From positions 744,001 to 795,753 of the forward strand of contig JAPETS010000011.1 of NCBI GenBank assembly GCA_026023565.1: a stretch of DNA of 51,753 nt, in the 5' to 3' direction. Below the pieces are notes generated by a model. The model was given only the letters and a program-made list of their open reading frames with translations, had not been told where the DNA came from and searched no databases. How positions within the stretch are numbered: the first letter of the stretch is position 1; every line of letters starts with the position of its first letter. The stretch is from Cirrosporium novae-zelandiae (taxonomy: Eukaryota). A program made the translations under genes and the position numbers. Below are positions 24,568 through 37,281 of this stretch, piece by piece.

Positions 24568-26830
24568 CTAGCTATTCCCTCTCAGAAACTCGGTTGCTTC
24601 CTCCTCTACAACTTCGCTAATCTCCAGAGCTTTCTTGTCAATCAAGCCTAATCTTGCCTTTCGGATCTCCCACCATAATTCTCTTCGGTCACCACCAAAA
24701 TCACCTTTCAATAATTTCTGCTTAAACTGTCTTATCCACCCATTCCAAGTCTCTGGCTCTTCATATTGGGTCAGTTCATCCCGTAGAACGCCCATCTCTT
24801 CAATCGCACGAGCATAGTTTGCATCACCAAAACTATTAGAGACCTGGTCTTCGATGATGTGTTGGAAATTTTTGGAAGCTTCCCGAACAATAGAAAGGTC
24901 ATCGTTACGTTGCAGCAATTGTTTAAACTCTGGAATTGGATTGGTTGGAGATATTGCAGTTCTATCGGTAGTAGCGGGGGCCCGTGAAGCCAACAATGCC
25001 GTAACATCCAGACCAGAGAGTGGCTTCTCAGGCTCGCGATAATCACCCCGTTTAGCGCGAAGACGAGGAGGTACTTTCTTAACATCGGCAATTTTTATAA
25101 GGGAGTCTAGCGAATCTTGGGATTGCGATACGAGCTCTTTAGGTGAGTTGGAATATCGAGTGATGACTTCGTACGGTGGGGGAATAGGGTCTGTGGAATG
25201 GATAGCACGGAAGCGGATAGCTTGCTCCAGACGGTGGAGCAGCGGCGAATATGTGTCTTCCGGAGCAGCGTATTCCTCGCCGTCAGGAAAATTGGAAAGA
25301 TCCATTGCGTCGACATAGTCACTCATTGAAGAAACAAGATCGTCCGAAGGTAGGTTACGATGGTTTTGAAGTTGTTTGCCGGAAACGGTGACAACCATGT
25401 CTAATGGGGGAAAGCGATAGAGACGCAAGTCTTCGGCGAATGGAAGTTGCACATCGACTAAGCATTCATAGTCCAACTCAATGGAGGGTGCCATGAGAAT
25501 GAGAATCGGGCTTTTTCCAGCTTTAGTAACTAACCGGCCAATAGCATAGGAGTTCATTTCATAGAGTGCATTGATGAATGAGGACAGAGCAAGAGCAGCC
25601 GTGTCGCTAACTCGGGATGCGATAATTATACACGATTGTGATATGTTCATGTAGCGTTCATACTTTAAATGGGTTAGTCCAAAATATTTAGAAAGGTCTT
25701 GTAAACTCGTGAGATATTATCCCAGGGATACTTACCTTCTCTTGAGGTACGAACCCAATAATGTCCAAGCCAGCTTCGGTTTCCAACTTTGTTATGTTTT
25801 CATCGGTCTCGCTGATATGCACAGCTGTGCGCCCATACTCGTAACCCTTTGCCAAATCATCTCGCTCCACATCCCTCTTTCCACCCGGTGCCTCTTCATC
25901 TTGAACTTGATAGGTCCTTGCCTGTTTTACAGACGTCAATGCATTCGAGTTGGCTATCCTGTCTTCATCAAGCATATGAGTGTCCTCTATGGCCGTCCCG
26001 GTGCACTGCGTGCTTGGTCCACCATTGGAGTAATCTGAACGTAAAACAAATGAGCTTGCAGTTGGTGGTTTTGCAACGCTGGTTCGGGGGTAACGCTCCA
26101 CCTGAATACTCAAAACAGAGTCATATTGATTTGGATTGCCTAGAGTCAATGGACCTCGGTACGAGGGCACAGGTCTTACTGGCTTGATCCTTGGAATTTC
26201 CATTTGCTCAATGGCTTCCGCAAGGGTACCAAATACCCCACCGCAGGATTCTGTCATTTCCTTGAGAATTTTCTCGTTTTCAGCTTTGCCTGGTTCTTTA
26301 TTTTCCTCCTGCAATCCATATTCTTCGTCATCAAAATCTACTCCGAGGACCACAAGTTCAATGTGATCTTCCTGAATCTTTCGAATAATTCCGTCGATAT
26401 CATCTGGGTCTATTCCTCCAACCCCACTGGTAACTAGAACAATTCTCTTTTTGAATTTCAACTTCCTGCAATGTTTTGCGATCATCTGGATCGCAATCAC
26501 AATTGCGGATATATCGTCTCCGGAATCTGTATCGTTGACTTTGATCTTTTCCTTCAAGTCCTTCAGGTCGGATAGAAGAAATTGGCCGATATCATGAAGT
26601 ACACTGATATTGCCATAATTATCAGCATCTTTGCTCAGCTCGTTATTTGTGTCGTCGGTTCGTAATCCTAAGACGCCCATGCCAGCTGTTTTTCGACCAG
26701 TGCTCACAGTGGTAGTTATTTTGTCCCATACGTATTGCATTGTCCAATCGAGTGTTATAGTCTCGCCGCGACCTTTGCCCATGGACGCACCCATGTCAAT
26801 AATATAAACGGTAGCTTCCTTGTCTGCCAT
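24568..26830 (-). CDS. ku80: Ku80 non-homologous end-joining subunit, about 729 aa; exons 26830-25736, 25662-24568
   Basis: MADKEATVYIIDMGASMG vWA start, LAKGYEYGRTAVHI, VQLPFAEDLRLYRFPPL core, C-terminal NPIPEFKQLL..ELWW; intron GTAAGT..CTAAC..AAG at 25663-25735. Confidence 0.97.
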
Positions 26831-27294
26831 GATGTTATTTTGGTGAAAGAGTGAATAGAAAAGAAAACTCAAGCATAAGGAAAGAGGAAAGAGGAGCTCT
26901 TTAAGGGTTATTATTTTTTTATTCTGATTCTTCTCAAGGCAGAAGCGGGGGGGTTTCAGCAGATAGAGCGATCGATCATAGAGAATCCAGGCAGACGCGA
27001 AGTGAACACGAAGTCAAATGACGACATTTCTAGCGGTCAAAAGAACGGAATACCTAAATATCTCCGATTGGTTGCATAAAATCAATCTTTTCACCATCGG
27101 AGGCTTACGGGTAGCCCAATTACTCCCAACACACCCCACGTCATCAATTCTGCGTTGTACTAAAGTAGAAACTCCATAAAACGTTCACCCCCACCACTTT
27201 TCGAATCAATTGTCGTCTATATCCAATTACAAAAAGTTTCCGGATATCATCCACAGCGTCAAACAAATTATCCAAGTTGTCAAGTCAGATCAAA

Positions 27295-28133
27295 ATGCCG
27301 GATTTTTCACAGCTGACAAGTCCAGCACCATACCATATCATAAGGTATGTCCATTTACAGTACTCCCGACGGGAGAAATGAAAGCGACTAGACCGTGGAA
27401 CCAGAAAAGTGATCTTGGGAAGGCCTTCAAACAAAATCTATTTTTATATATTCGCAATTGATTTTTGTTTTTTGGGGTTTGGGGAGGCCTTCAAATTAGA
27501 TTGTCACTGAAATTTGATTTTGGTTGAAGGATTCCTTACAATCACTTGTCTGGGTTTGTTTTTTGGGTCTGGTCGCTTTCATTTCTTCCTGTCAAAAGTA
27601 TACATCTGCTTCTCACGGTTTGCTGATGGTGACTCTTCATATATAGTTATGGAACCCTCCTCGGAACAACCGTCTTCCAATCCTTCGTCGGTGGCACAGT
27701 TGCCTTCCAACGTCTTGCCCGCCCACAATTTTCTCACCTCCAACAGGGCATATTCCCCATCTACTTTGGCATGCAAACTGCCCTCCCTGTTCTCATCGCT
27801 CTAACATATCCTGTACGCCGTGGGCTTGGAATCACTGCTGTTTTCGCTCCTCAGAACCGAATCAGCGTTTTGGCACCATTAGCATGCATGCTAGTAACAG
27901 GTGCAACAAATTTACTGGTTGTCGGACCAGCCACAACCAAGTGTATGAAGGAGAGGAAAAGGCAGGAGTCAAAAGACGGAAAGAAAAGCTATGATTCCGG
28001 TTCCCAGTCACAAAAGATGGTGAAGTTGAACAAGCAATTTTCGAGATTGCATGGCTTGTCCTCATTAGTGAATGTAGGTGGAATCATAGCAATGGTGTGG
28101 TACGGATTTACTTTGGCCGAAAGAATTCGGTAA
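27295..28133 (+). CDS. TMEM205-like (DUF4149) membrane protein, about 178 aa; exons 27295-27344, 27647-28133
   Basis: Spliced APYHIIS|YGTLLGTTVFQSFVGGTVAFQRLARPQFSHLQQGIFPIYFGMQTALP...LNKQFSRLHGLSSLVN; 302-bp intron GTATGT..GCTGAT..TAG; divergent from ku80. Confidence 0.9.
27361..27600. mobile_element. MITE (about 240 bp, TA-bounded, Tc1/mariner-type) inside the TMEM205-like intron
   Basis: Left end TACTCCCGACGGGAGAAATGAAAGCGACTAGACC matches the reverse complement of the right end TACTTTTGACAGGAAGAAATGAAAGCGACCAGACC; related copy at about 35.2-35.45 kb. Confidence 0.85.
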
Positions 28134-28835
28134 ATATTCTCTTGACGAAAAAGGACCTTTATATATACAAGGAATAGCTTTGATAGCACTGTACATGAAA
28201 ATAGGAGAACCGCAGAATTGATCATTCATCATTACATTTATATAAAACCACGCTCCTTTAAAATACCCACTCGCGTTAGGTATCTTAGAGACAAGACATT
28301 TAAGAGAAGCCCCACGGGGGCTGAGTAGCTATCTGGCTAATTAGAATTAAAATTCCACAGGATTGCCGAACAGTGGCATCTTTTAAATATTCACAGGAAG
28401 CGAAAATCAAAGCTCTCTGTGACTAGAAACAGAAGAGCATAAAAAGGAAGTGGGTATCCTAACACGAGCATAGCAAACCGATAGATCGGCAGCGATATTT
28501 TTTCCTTTTTGTCCAAACCTAGAATCGGATTGACGCCCATGGCATTACGGCATCATGAATAGACAGAAGCTCAGCAGTGGAGCAGGTATAGTTAGATCAT
28601 CATCCGTGACGACCAGACAGAATGTACACCAAAAGAAAGTAGGTACAACACCATCATGAAGAAAGTCGACGCCAGAAACATTAGGGTGCCTTCCACGACT
28701 CGTGAATTTCCAGCAGTGTAAGCTGAATCCAAAATATCAAGCATTAGAGGACACTCGAAATGAATGCATGCCGTTGATGCTCATGTGGCTTAGTAGGTTA
28801 AAATTGTCCGAATATATATACATCGGACTAGCAGA

Positions 28836-30543
28836 TTATATGTCCTCTGTAAACTTGCTGTCTCTACTTCCATTAAACTCGGGGTGACTTCTACCTAATG
28901 GATCCCGAATCCTAGGACTACCCCTTGGGGGTGTTGCGGGGGAATGTGTTCGGGTATTTGCCACGGGGTGTGCAGGTCCAGGGCGTATCACAACCACTTC
29001 ATCTTCCGCTGCTTCAGTAATGGGTCCCCAAATTGGTGAAATCGGTGTGCGAGGAGACATGACAGAAGGAGAAATCGGCGTGCGAGGAGACATAACGGAA
29101 GGAGGAGAAAGGTTGCCACGGCTAGGAGGTACCCCTGAAGTGGGCACTAGGGGAGGGGTTCGTGGATGTTGGAAACCACCAGATCCGTCGTCCCCAGGAG
29201 TAAAAATTGATGGAAGCTTCCGACCTGAGATCTTTTGAAATCCACGTTCACTTGGCTCGGTTTCAGAAGTAGATGCCGTATTCATTGAGGAGCGGCCTCT
29301 CTTAAGGAATTCGGGTATAAGGGCAGCAGCAGTCAGAGGAACAGCGCTTGATCTTTGAGTCATGGTTTCCGCGTTTTGTGACGATGATGGATTCATGCCA
29401 GAGCTCCCAAGTAGGGGCTTATTTGTCTGCTTGCGCCAGCGATGTACCAGAAATGCTATCAATGTAAGGATTATAAGACCACCAGCAACTCCTCCAATTA
29501 TTCCGCCAATTTGCGAAGCTGTTAATCCTCCATTTTCGTCATTCCCATTACTGGATGAGGTTTCTGACGAGGAAGGCTGACTAGTAGAACTTGTTGGGGA
29601 CCCATGGCCTCCTCCTTCTAGAGATGTAGATGGAGATGGAGATGGAGACGGAGACGTAGATGGTGACGTAGATGTAGGCGTAGATGTAGATGTGGATGTA
29701 AAACTCAAGCTTTCAGGGAAGGTGGTTGAAGAGCTGCTTATATAGATGCGGCTACTACTTGAGGGCTCAGAAGTCAATATGAATAGTGAACTTGATGAGG
29801 GGGTGGGTATGGCAGTATATGAGCTTTGAGACGTGATGGCCGGTTGTGAGCTAGAGGACGTGAGGAGTGTAGTACTATTGAGCGATGTTGAAAACGGTGG
29901 TATTATTGTATTTGTCTCCCCGGTAGAGGCTGGAAGATTGTCAATACCCTCTCTATAAGATTTGTGAGGACAACTTACTAGAATTGCTCACACCTGGAAA
30001 TCCGGGGGAGGTCGACGACTCGTATGGTGGCGGTGTACTTAGCGGAGAGGAAAATACAATCTGAGAACCATCGGGAGGGATGGATGTGTAAGGAAATAGT
30101 GAAACACTAGAAGATACCGAGGTAGATGTCGTAGGAAATGCTGGAACAGATGGGACTGTCAATTGTCCATAGCTAGAAAGAGGCACAACGGTAGAAACCA
30201 CCGGCTGGGTAGCTGTAAGCTCTGTAATGGTACTGCCGGAAGCATCAACGACAACTGTAATCACGACATCAGCCGTCACAGTAGAAGAGTCATCCTGGGA
30301 TTCCATATCCTGTCGGACATGGTAAGATCGCCCTTTGAAAGAGTGACTGTGCATTTTGTGGAACCGGAGATCTGCCTGACGCCGACGTGATCTCGCAATA
30401 TCCCTCGAGTTTTCCAATTCATCTCCTTCATCGTTTCCTGCGCCTGTTGATGGCAAACTGCTGCCGTCATTGTGTTTCGAATTCAAATTGTTATTTTCAA
30501 GTATTCCTGTCCGGGTGTTCTCTTCTTCAAAGGTTTGTGTCAT
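28836..30543 (-). CDS. Ser/Thr-rich single-pass membrane protein (Mid2/Wsc-like architecture), about 552 aa; exons 30543-29979, 29929-28836
   Basis: Long S/T tract, TM helix IGGIIGGVAGGLIILTLIAFLV followed by HRWRK, Pro-rich cytosolic tail; 49-bp intron GTAAGT..TTGAC..CAG at 29930-29978 keeps the frame; start codon uncertain and no clear signal peptide. Confidence 0.8.
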
Positions 30544-31544
30544 GATGAAAGTTGAGGGAAGCAGAATGGATATCCTTCAAAATCAAGCTTGTCGAAAAGA
30601 ATGCGAAGAGATGGGGGTCGCCAAAGCGTTGTGGGGGGAATAAGTGATTGCGAGACCTGTCGCCCATTCGTACATTCGTAAAATGAAGATGGGGACAATA
30701 TTTGACTGCTTGGAAAAGTAGGAAAGATTTGAAGAATAAACAACGGATTGAATCGAGTGAACTGCCAATTGATCGGACAAAGTGCAGAGTATGAATGAGT
30801 GGCTCGTCGATTATTCGTAAAACGAATTGCCAGGCACGGAAATATGGCGTAAAGGAGTGTGTTGGTGCGCTGTAACTTTCCAGAGCGCACGCAAATGGTT
30901 GTTGGAAAAGAGTGGAAGCTAGACTTTGGAAGACTAGCAATGGAGGATATAATTCAAAGCGAGCTATCCAAAAAATTGTTAGTAATTAATTAATCTAGAG
31001 AATTAGAAAGGAAAACACTACCGTCTCAAATTGTTAACATGCTGAGTTCAATTTAATAATGCAGACATGAAGAGGTAAATGGATAAAGACAGAAGTTTGT
31101 AGTTGATCAGTATAGCTGATGGAGACTCGTAACGACCTCTACAGCTGGATAGACAACCATTACTGCCATTAAACACCTTTTGACACCACACACACACCGA
31201 CTTAAAAGAGGGAAGAAGAAAAAAAGGTGAAAAATAATATCAAAAACGACAGCGGAATTAGTGAAAGAATTTTTTTTCGATATGGATGGATTGTTGGATT
31301 GGTTGGATCGAGGGAGGGGGGGGGGTTAGGTGAGGGAGAGAGAGATTGGGGTTGACAATGGGGTCAAAAGTTGTTTATTGTGGTTGGATATGGTTGGATG
31401 GATTTGCTTCGATGTCGTTGCCAGCTAAGATTGACTTTTGCTTGAAACAGAAACGTTGACGAAAACCAAGACGGCTCGGGGAATTATTAAAATTAGGAAC
31501 ATTACAAATTTGATCAATTCAAACGGTCCTGTCCTCCCGTCCTA

Positions 31545-31590
31545 CCACCCAGTCCACCCAGTCCACCCAGTCCACCCAGTGACCACCCAC
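31545..31590. repeat. 9-bp tandem repeat (CCACCCAGT) about x4
   Basis: Read directly. Confidence 0.85.
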
Positions 31591-32527
31591 TGTACACCCA
31601 CTGCACCCGACCACCGCGGACCCATGCACGCCGAGACCATCTGGACCAACCAAACTAGCAAATAATACAATAATAATCAAAAAACTATATAACACTTTGG
31701 CTTTTTTGGGATGTCTTTCAATATATCCTAGGCTATCTAAACACCTCCCATATGGCGTCGTCATACTTTGCTTCAATTAGCACATATCACCACTAGTTGC
31801 TTATATAAGAAACAAACTTTTGACCATATGGATATTCGAGACCTGGATATGGTAAAACCACAGACGTTTCCCATCATGTAAATGTAGAAATTTAGCTACT
31901 TAGGGTCATTGTTTTGATATACATGAGTCTTCACATCCATCTTTGCTATCCAGCAGCACCAGAAACACAGCATAGGGTCACCTGAACATGATCTATCCAA
32001 CCCATTCCGTTCATATCGTGCCATCTTAATCATACGCATCAGGTTGAAACCATCTCGAAAAGATACTTGTCCATGGATAATCAGCCACCTAGCGGATGGC
32101 AAGGGAACATGTATACCATCCTTTTGTCCATTGGTTCGACGGTCCAGCCATCCATCACCCGTCATATCATTAAAGTCACAAGGAGTGTCCTCCAATTTCT
32201 GAGACGCCAGCCAGCAGAGGATAGTAGAAAACGCCAGTCTCTCAAAGGTCCATCCCAAGAGAGATATGCTTGGTAGATTTTTGCATTTGGAACAGTCAAG
32301 GGAAGTCGAGGAGCACAGAAAAGAGAATGTCGAGATTATCATTATGATTGACCAAATATAGGCATCGGCGTCTGATGGGAGTTTTAACTGCAGTTGACAA
32401 CAATAAAAGTCCATGGTCATGATGCTCCGAGAGTGCTTTCAGGTCTTGAAGGGGTTCACGCTATTACGAAACCTATCACCCAAGTTTTTGGTCAACTATA
32501 ATCCGGAAGGCGACGGCATGCTGCGGC

Positions 32528-34225
32528 TCAATCCTTCCAGTCCCAGACCTGCTTGAGGAATGACTCCATATTAACTTTCTTGCTCTTCATGTCAACCATC
32601 CAGGGATGTTCCAGCATCCGCCATGGAGTTGCCCTCCGTGAAGGCTCTTTTTCGAGACTAATTGCATCTTATCAGCTTCCAAATCGCACATATAGATAGA
32701 AGATTCCGACGGTCCCAGTTCAGACATACCAGCATTCAATGAAATACTTGAAATTTTCACTCCATTTAATCCTATTCTCGAGCTCATCTTTCAGCTTAGG
32801 AATAGGTTGTCGTACAATGTATGTCAAAAGATCTATCAAACCTGCACGAGGTTGCATTTCCGTGCCATCTGCAGGGAATGGAAAACGATGTTGTGCCACC
32901 TCAAGTAAGGTAACACCTAGGGACCAGACGTCTGATGTAATGGTATACGACTGACCAGTTATCCGCTCCGGAGCCATGTAATAGGATGTACCGATAAACG
33001 TGTTTGCATCGCCTTTGGTACCAAACTCACCGCTAACACCGAAGTCACACAGTTTGACTTGGCCATTACGGCAGAGAAGAATATTGGATGGTTTGATATC
33101 TATTGGCTAGTCAGGAGGGTGGAACTGCCATTAAAAGATTGGGTCATACCTCGATGAATGATCTTTCGCCCATGGAGATAGGTCAATCCATGGAGAACGC
33201 CCTCCGCAACTTTCCCCAAGACTTTCTCACCGGTCCTGCCACCCAATTTTTTGACTTCCTTGTAGACACTGTCTAAACTTCCACCTTCACAAAACTCCAT
33301 TGCGATAGATATAGTCCCAGTTGAATCGTCCATGAAGGCTCCATAGTACTGGCAAATGTAGTCCGAGCAGCACTCTTTATTGAAATTCAGCTCCCTTACA
33401 ATCTGCTTTTTGACATCTGGATTTGGGTCCGTTGTGATAACCTGAGCGAGATATCAGTAACTGTCAGCATATACTATAGGGGATACAGACCTTGAGTGCA
33501 AATATAGTCTTTCCTCCCTTTAGCATGCATCTCGTGACCGCACCTCCAGCACCTTCTCCCAAGCTCCCTAACTCAACAATTTTCTTCTGTTCACTTGCTG
33601 CTCTCCATCCCACATCGTCAAGATCTTCCACATCCAGACTCCTTCCCTTCTCTAAGCTCAACTTGTCCAGGTCAGGAAGTAAACCATCTAAACTTCTATC
33701 CCTCTCCATGGCAACACCTCCCGCACTCGGTGGTCGCTCTGAGTAAACCGAGCTGATTGCTGACGATGGGTCCGGCGTTCCCTGAGGTTGTCGTAATCCT
33801 GGTAAAAGAGAAAATGATGAATATTGTGAAGAAGTTGCAGATGCCGGCCCACTGGCCTTTCCATCCAACATCGTAAAACTTCCTGACCGCGAATGACCAC
33901 TATTATCACTCGCCCCGCTTGCGGAGTTGCCTCCATATGGTTGAGGGGTCGGCCTTCCATTCAATAGTGGCCCTTCGTGTGGAGTAGCTGTGCTGCCCAT
34001 AGGTGTCGCTAATCTCAGTTGCGGAGCGGCGGGTCGGGATGGAGGTCGTTGGGGCTGATGCAGCTGTGGTATTTCAGGCACTGCTCCACGGAGATCTTGA
34101 TTTACAGGTTTCATATTGGGCGAAGGAGGGATGGCGAGGCCAAGTCGAGGAGTACGAGAACCACTCCCACTCCGGTTCGCCGAACCGGGAATGGGAGGCC
34201 GGAGTAACGGTGCCGGTGTAGTCAT
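32528..34225 (-). CDS. mkk1: MAP kinase kinase of the cell-wall-integrity pathway (Mkk1/Mkk2/Pek1 ortholog), about 508 aa; exons 34225-33491, 33441-33150, 33099-32730, 32657-32528
   Basis: [75 protein letters not shown]; three canonical introns. Confidence 0.95.
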
Positions 34226-35196
34226 CTTCACAACCCAAGGAAGCACGAGATGTAGAATGTGGAAGTAATAATCAGTCAATTAGCTGAAGGGCCAGCTTTT
34301 GCTGGTGGTAAGAGGAAAGGGTAGACTGGGATTATGGAGGGTTCGGGGAGGGAATTGGGTTGGCGTAAGATTCTGAACGACAGACAGGTAAGTGAAGGGC
34401 TATTGATATGAAGGTAGAGGGTGGAGGTTAGAAGTTAGAGAGTGGAAAGTAGAGAGTAAGGTAGTTGGTAGTTTGGTAGTTTAACCTGTGACGTGGTCGC
34501 GCTGTATGAAACAGTCCAAGTCAATACCGAGGCGGGTAGTAGAGTGATAGAGTAGACACTTTGGGTACGAGAGGGGCTCTGTGGCTTCTGTGGCTGTTGG
34601 GTACTGTGGCTGTAATCAAAGACTTTAATCCACAAAGCAATCCTTCAATCTCTCAATAATTATTACTTTTAGAATAAATACAAGTGAATAATAATTGTTA
34701 GCACAGACATCCTCCTAATTACTAGGTACACAAGTTCTTCTCAAATTTCTGTTGAAGCTGCTGACGTTGGAACTTTAGCTTCATTGCCAATATCCATCTC
34801 AGCCAAACGGATAATACAGAACATACGAATAAAATACCAATTGTACACTTATTGTTGTTTCATCAACCGCCGAAGCATAGGTACCTTGGGTTAATCACTT
34901 GATCACCTACCTAATTACTGAGTACTTGCTTTAACAGCTCGCTATCTTTGCCTAAAATCAATTTTGCATAAGTTAATTAATCCCCAAGATATTCACCCAC
35001 CTGCCGAATTAGGTCTAGTTCATACTTTCTAATTATCAACAGGAAAGAAACTCAACAACCACATTTACAACCACAACCACAACCACAACCACTTACAGGT
35101 ACACAGTATAGTATCTCCCAATTTACATTCGGGAGACCTAACAAAACAGAAATTCTGTTCCATTCAGTTTCTGATGGATACTGACCTTTATATATG

Positions 35197-35452
35197 ACAT
35201 CTTGGGGAGGCTTTCAAACAAAATAGAGGTTCTCCCTAAATTAAGCAGGTTCTAAAAGTCACCTGAAGAGACTTTCAAACAAAGTCAATTTTTATATATT
35301 ATAATCAATTTGTTCTCAGGGCTTTAGGGAGGCCTTCAAATTGGATTGTTATCGAAAACTGATTTTGTTTGAAGGCTTCCCTAGGATTACTTCTCTGGGT
35401 TCATTTTTGGGAGTTTGATCGCTTTCATTTCTACCTGTCGAAGGTAGGAGTA
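35197..35452. mobile_element. Second, longer and degenerate copy of the MITE family (left end may extend to about 35023)
   Basis: Shares TTTTTATATATT, GGGAGGCCTTCAAATT-GATTGT, TGATTTTG-TTGAAGG and CGCTTTCATTTCT-CCTGTC with 27361-27600; ends in GGAGTA. Confidence 0.8.
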
Positions 35453-37133
35453 ATCAACTTTATATTTAGCATCTTGAGGATAGCTCCAGGCAAAAGTGCG
35501 AGTGCCTGATATGTTTAAGGGCTAGATACTAATGTATGAGATGTAAGTCAACCTTGGTCCCTTCCTACTTTACAGGGATTCTTCTAACTTGATCATCTCA
35601 GATTAAGCTTCATTTAACATCATCATTATTTTAAATGCTCTTTTTATTTAATCTTATCAATTTTTTAATCCTCTTCTCGCTAGCATTTCATAATACTCGA
35701 CTCCATTTTCTTATTCTCTAATGGGTTTCGGGTGTTTCGTTCGTATACTCTCTCCTCTTCATGGATTTCAAACCAACATCTATCACCGAGGCCTATATAA
35801 ATCTGTTAAATCTGCTTTTGTATACACCGATATTTCCTATGACTATCAACTCTAGAGCATGTTATGGTATGCTTGAGGTTTCTTCCGAGAGACCCTAGGT
35901 AGCTGAAGCCATAATATCTAGTGGGATGGCCATGGGGAATTCATGTGTACGACAGAGGACCAGGTTGTAGGCCAGTAGTTTTAGTAAGACTTTGGATTCG
36001 CGTTGATAGCATCCTTTTCATAGCCTTAATGATTATTATATTCTATGATTCCATGAGTTGCTTATCATTCGCCTCTATTGTGTTCTGTTGCGTGGTCCCT
36101 TGCTAACCACGTGACCGTGAAAATCTGGTCCGTACCCCCCCATAGGCTCAAATGAAGGCAGCGTCGACATTTGTTGCTATATGGCCATTCTTTGGTTTTC
36201 TTAGTGTTCCTATATGTTCCTATATAGTGATATCATTGATCTGCCAACAAATATTAACCGCAGGCTGTATCGTCGATGTTGACAAGGCTATGCCTATATA
36301 ACCCACTCTGACCCAGTTTCATATACTCACCACACCATCCTATACCGCATCTTCCTTGATACTAAAGGCAAATATCGTCATCTACTAGTGTATCGAGACA
36401 CTTTTCAACACTATATTCCTTCTCTTGCGTCGGTACAGGGCGGTGTTGCTCAATTAGGTCCTCATATTGCAGTACTCAGCACCCAAATATCCTCGACGTC
36501 TCTAAAGGTCAAAGGTATATCTATATACTGCTTGAAGCGTCCTGATTACACTCATCTAATTTTCAAGTCATTTAGTCTTACTGTTGGCCAGGCGTTCGTG
36601 GTCTCAATATTACGCGTCGCGAACTACTTTCAAACGCCCTCCAAGCCTCCACCAAACACCCGCCAACTTTCCTACAATCCCTCATACATCAACAACCACG
36701 CTCCTGTTCGCCAAGATATTGGTACCGCTAGAATCCTCTCCCTTATATTACTCTGATTCTACACTTTTTATATACTCCCACCACACCTACGCCGAGCCTT
36801 TGGACATCGACGTTGGTCTCCCACCTTTCCCTACGACGGCCCCCCCCACGATTTTGACCACCTCGCCTCGCTTTTCAGCCTCCCAACCCCACCATTCAAC
36901 ACCTCATTAGGCAAAAATAAGTCCCAACAAAACGTAACCCTTACAATTACATCAAAACTATCCTTTTTATTGGTAAAATTATATATTCTCCGAGATCTGC
37001 CCAAGCTCAACAATTACTTAGCGAGAGCGCATAAATAAATTTTCTGGGGTCGTTCCCTTCTGTTTTCTCTTTTATTTCTACTCATAATGCACTCAGAACT
37101 GCAAGCTTAGTAATCACTTTATTACATAATCTG

Positions 37134-37275
37134 ACTACTATTACCACTACTACCACAGCCACTACTACCACGGCCACTACTACCACTACCACTACTACCA
37201 CAGCCACTACTACCACTACCACTACTACTACCACTACACTACACTACTACTACTAATACTACTAACACTACTAAC
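37134..37275. repeat. (CTA/CCA)n degenerate microsatellite upstream of ORF 37282
   Basis: Read directly. Confidence 0.85.
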
Positions 37276-37281
37276 GCACAA

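Noticed and set aside
36388..36910. GQAFVVSILRV as a Pif1/Helitron motif, or SYCWPGVR as an integrase zinc-finger fragment
   Set aside because: Single weak motifs with no supporting neighbours; the region may be a decayed gene but I cannot assign it
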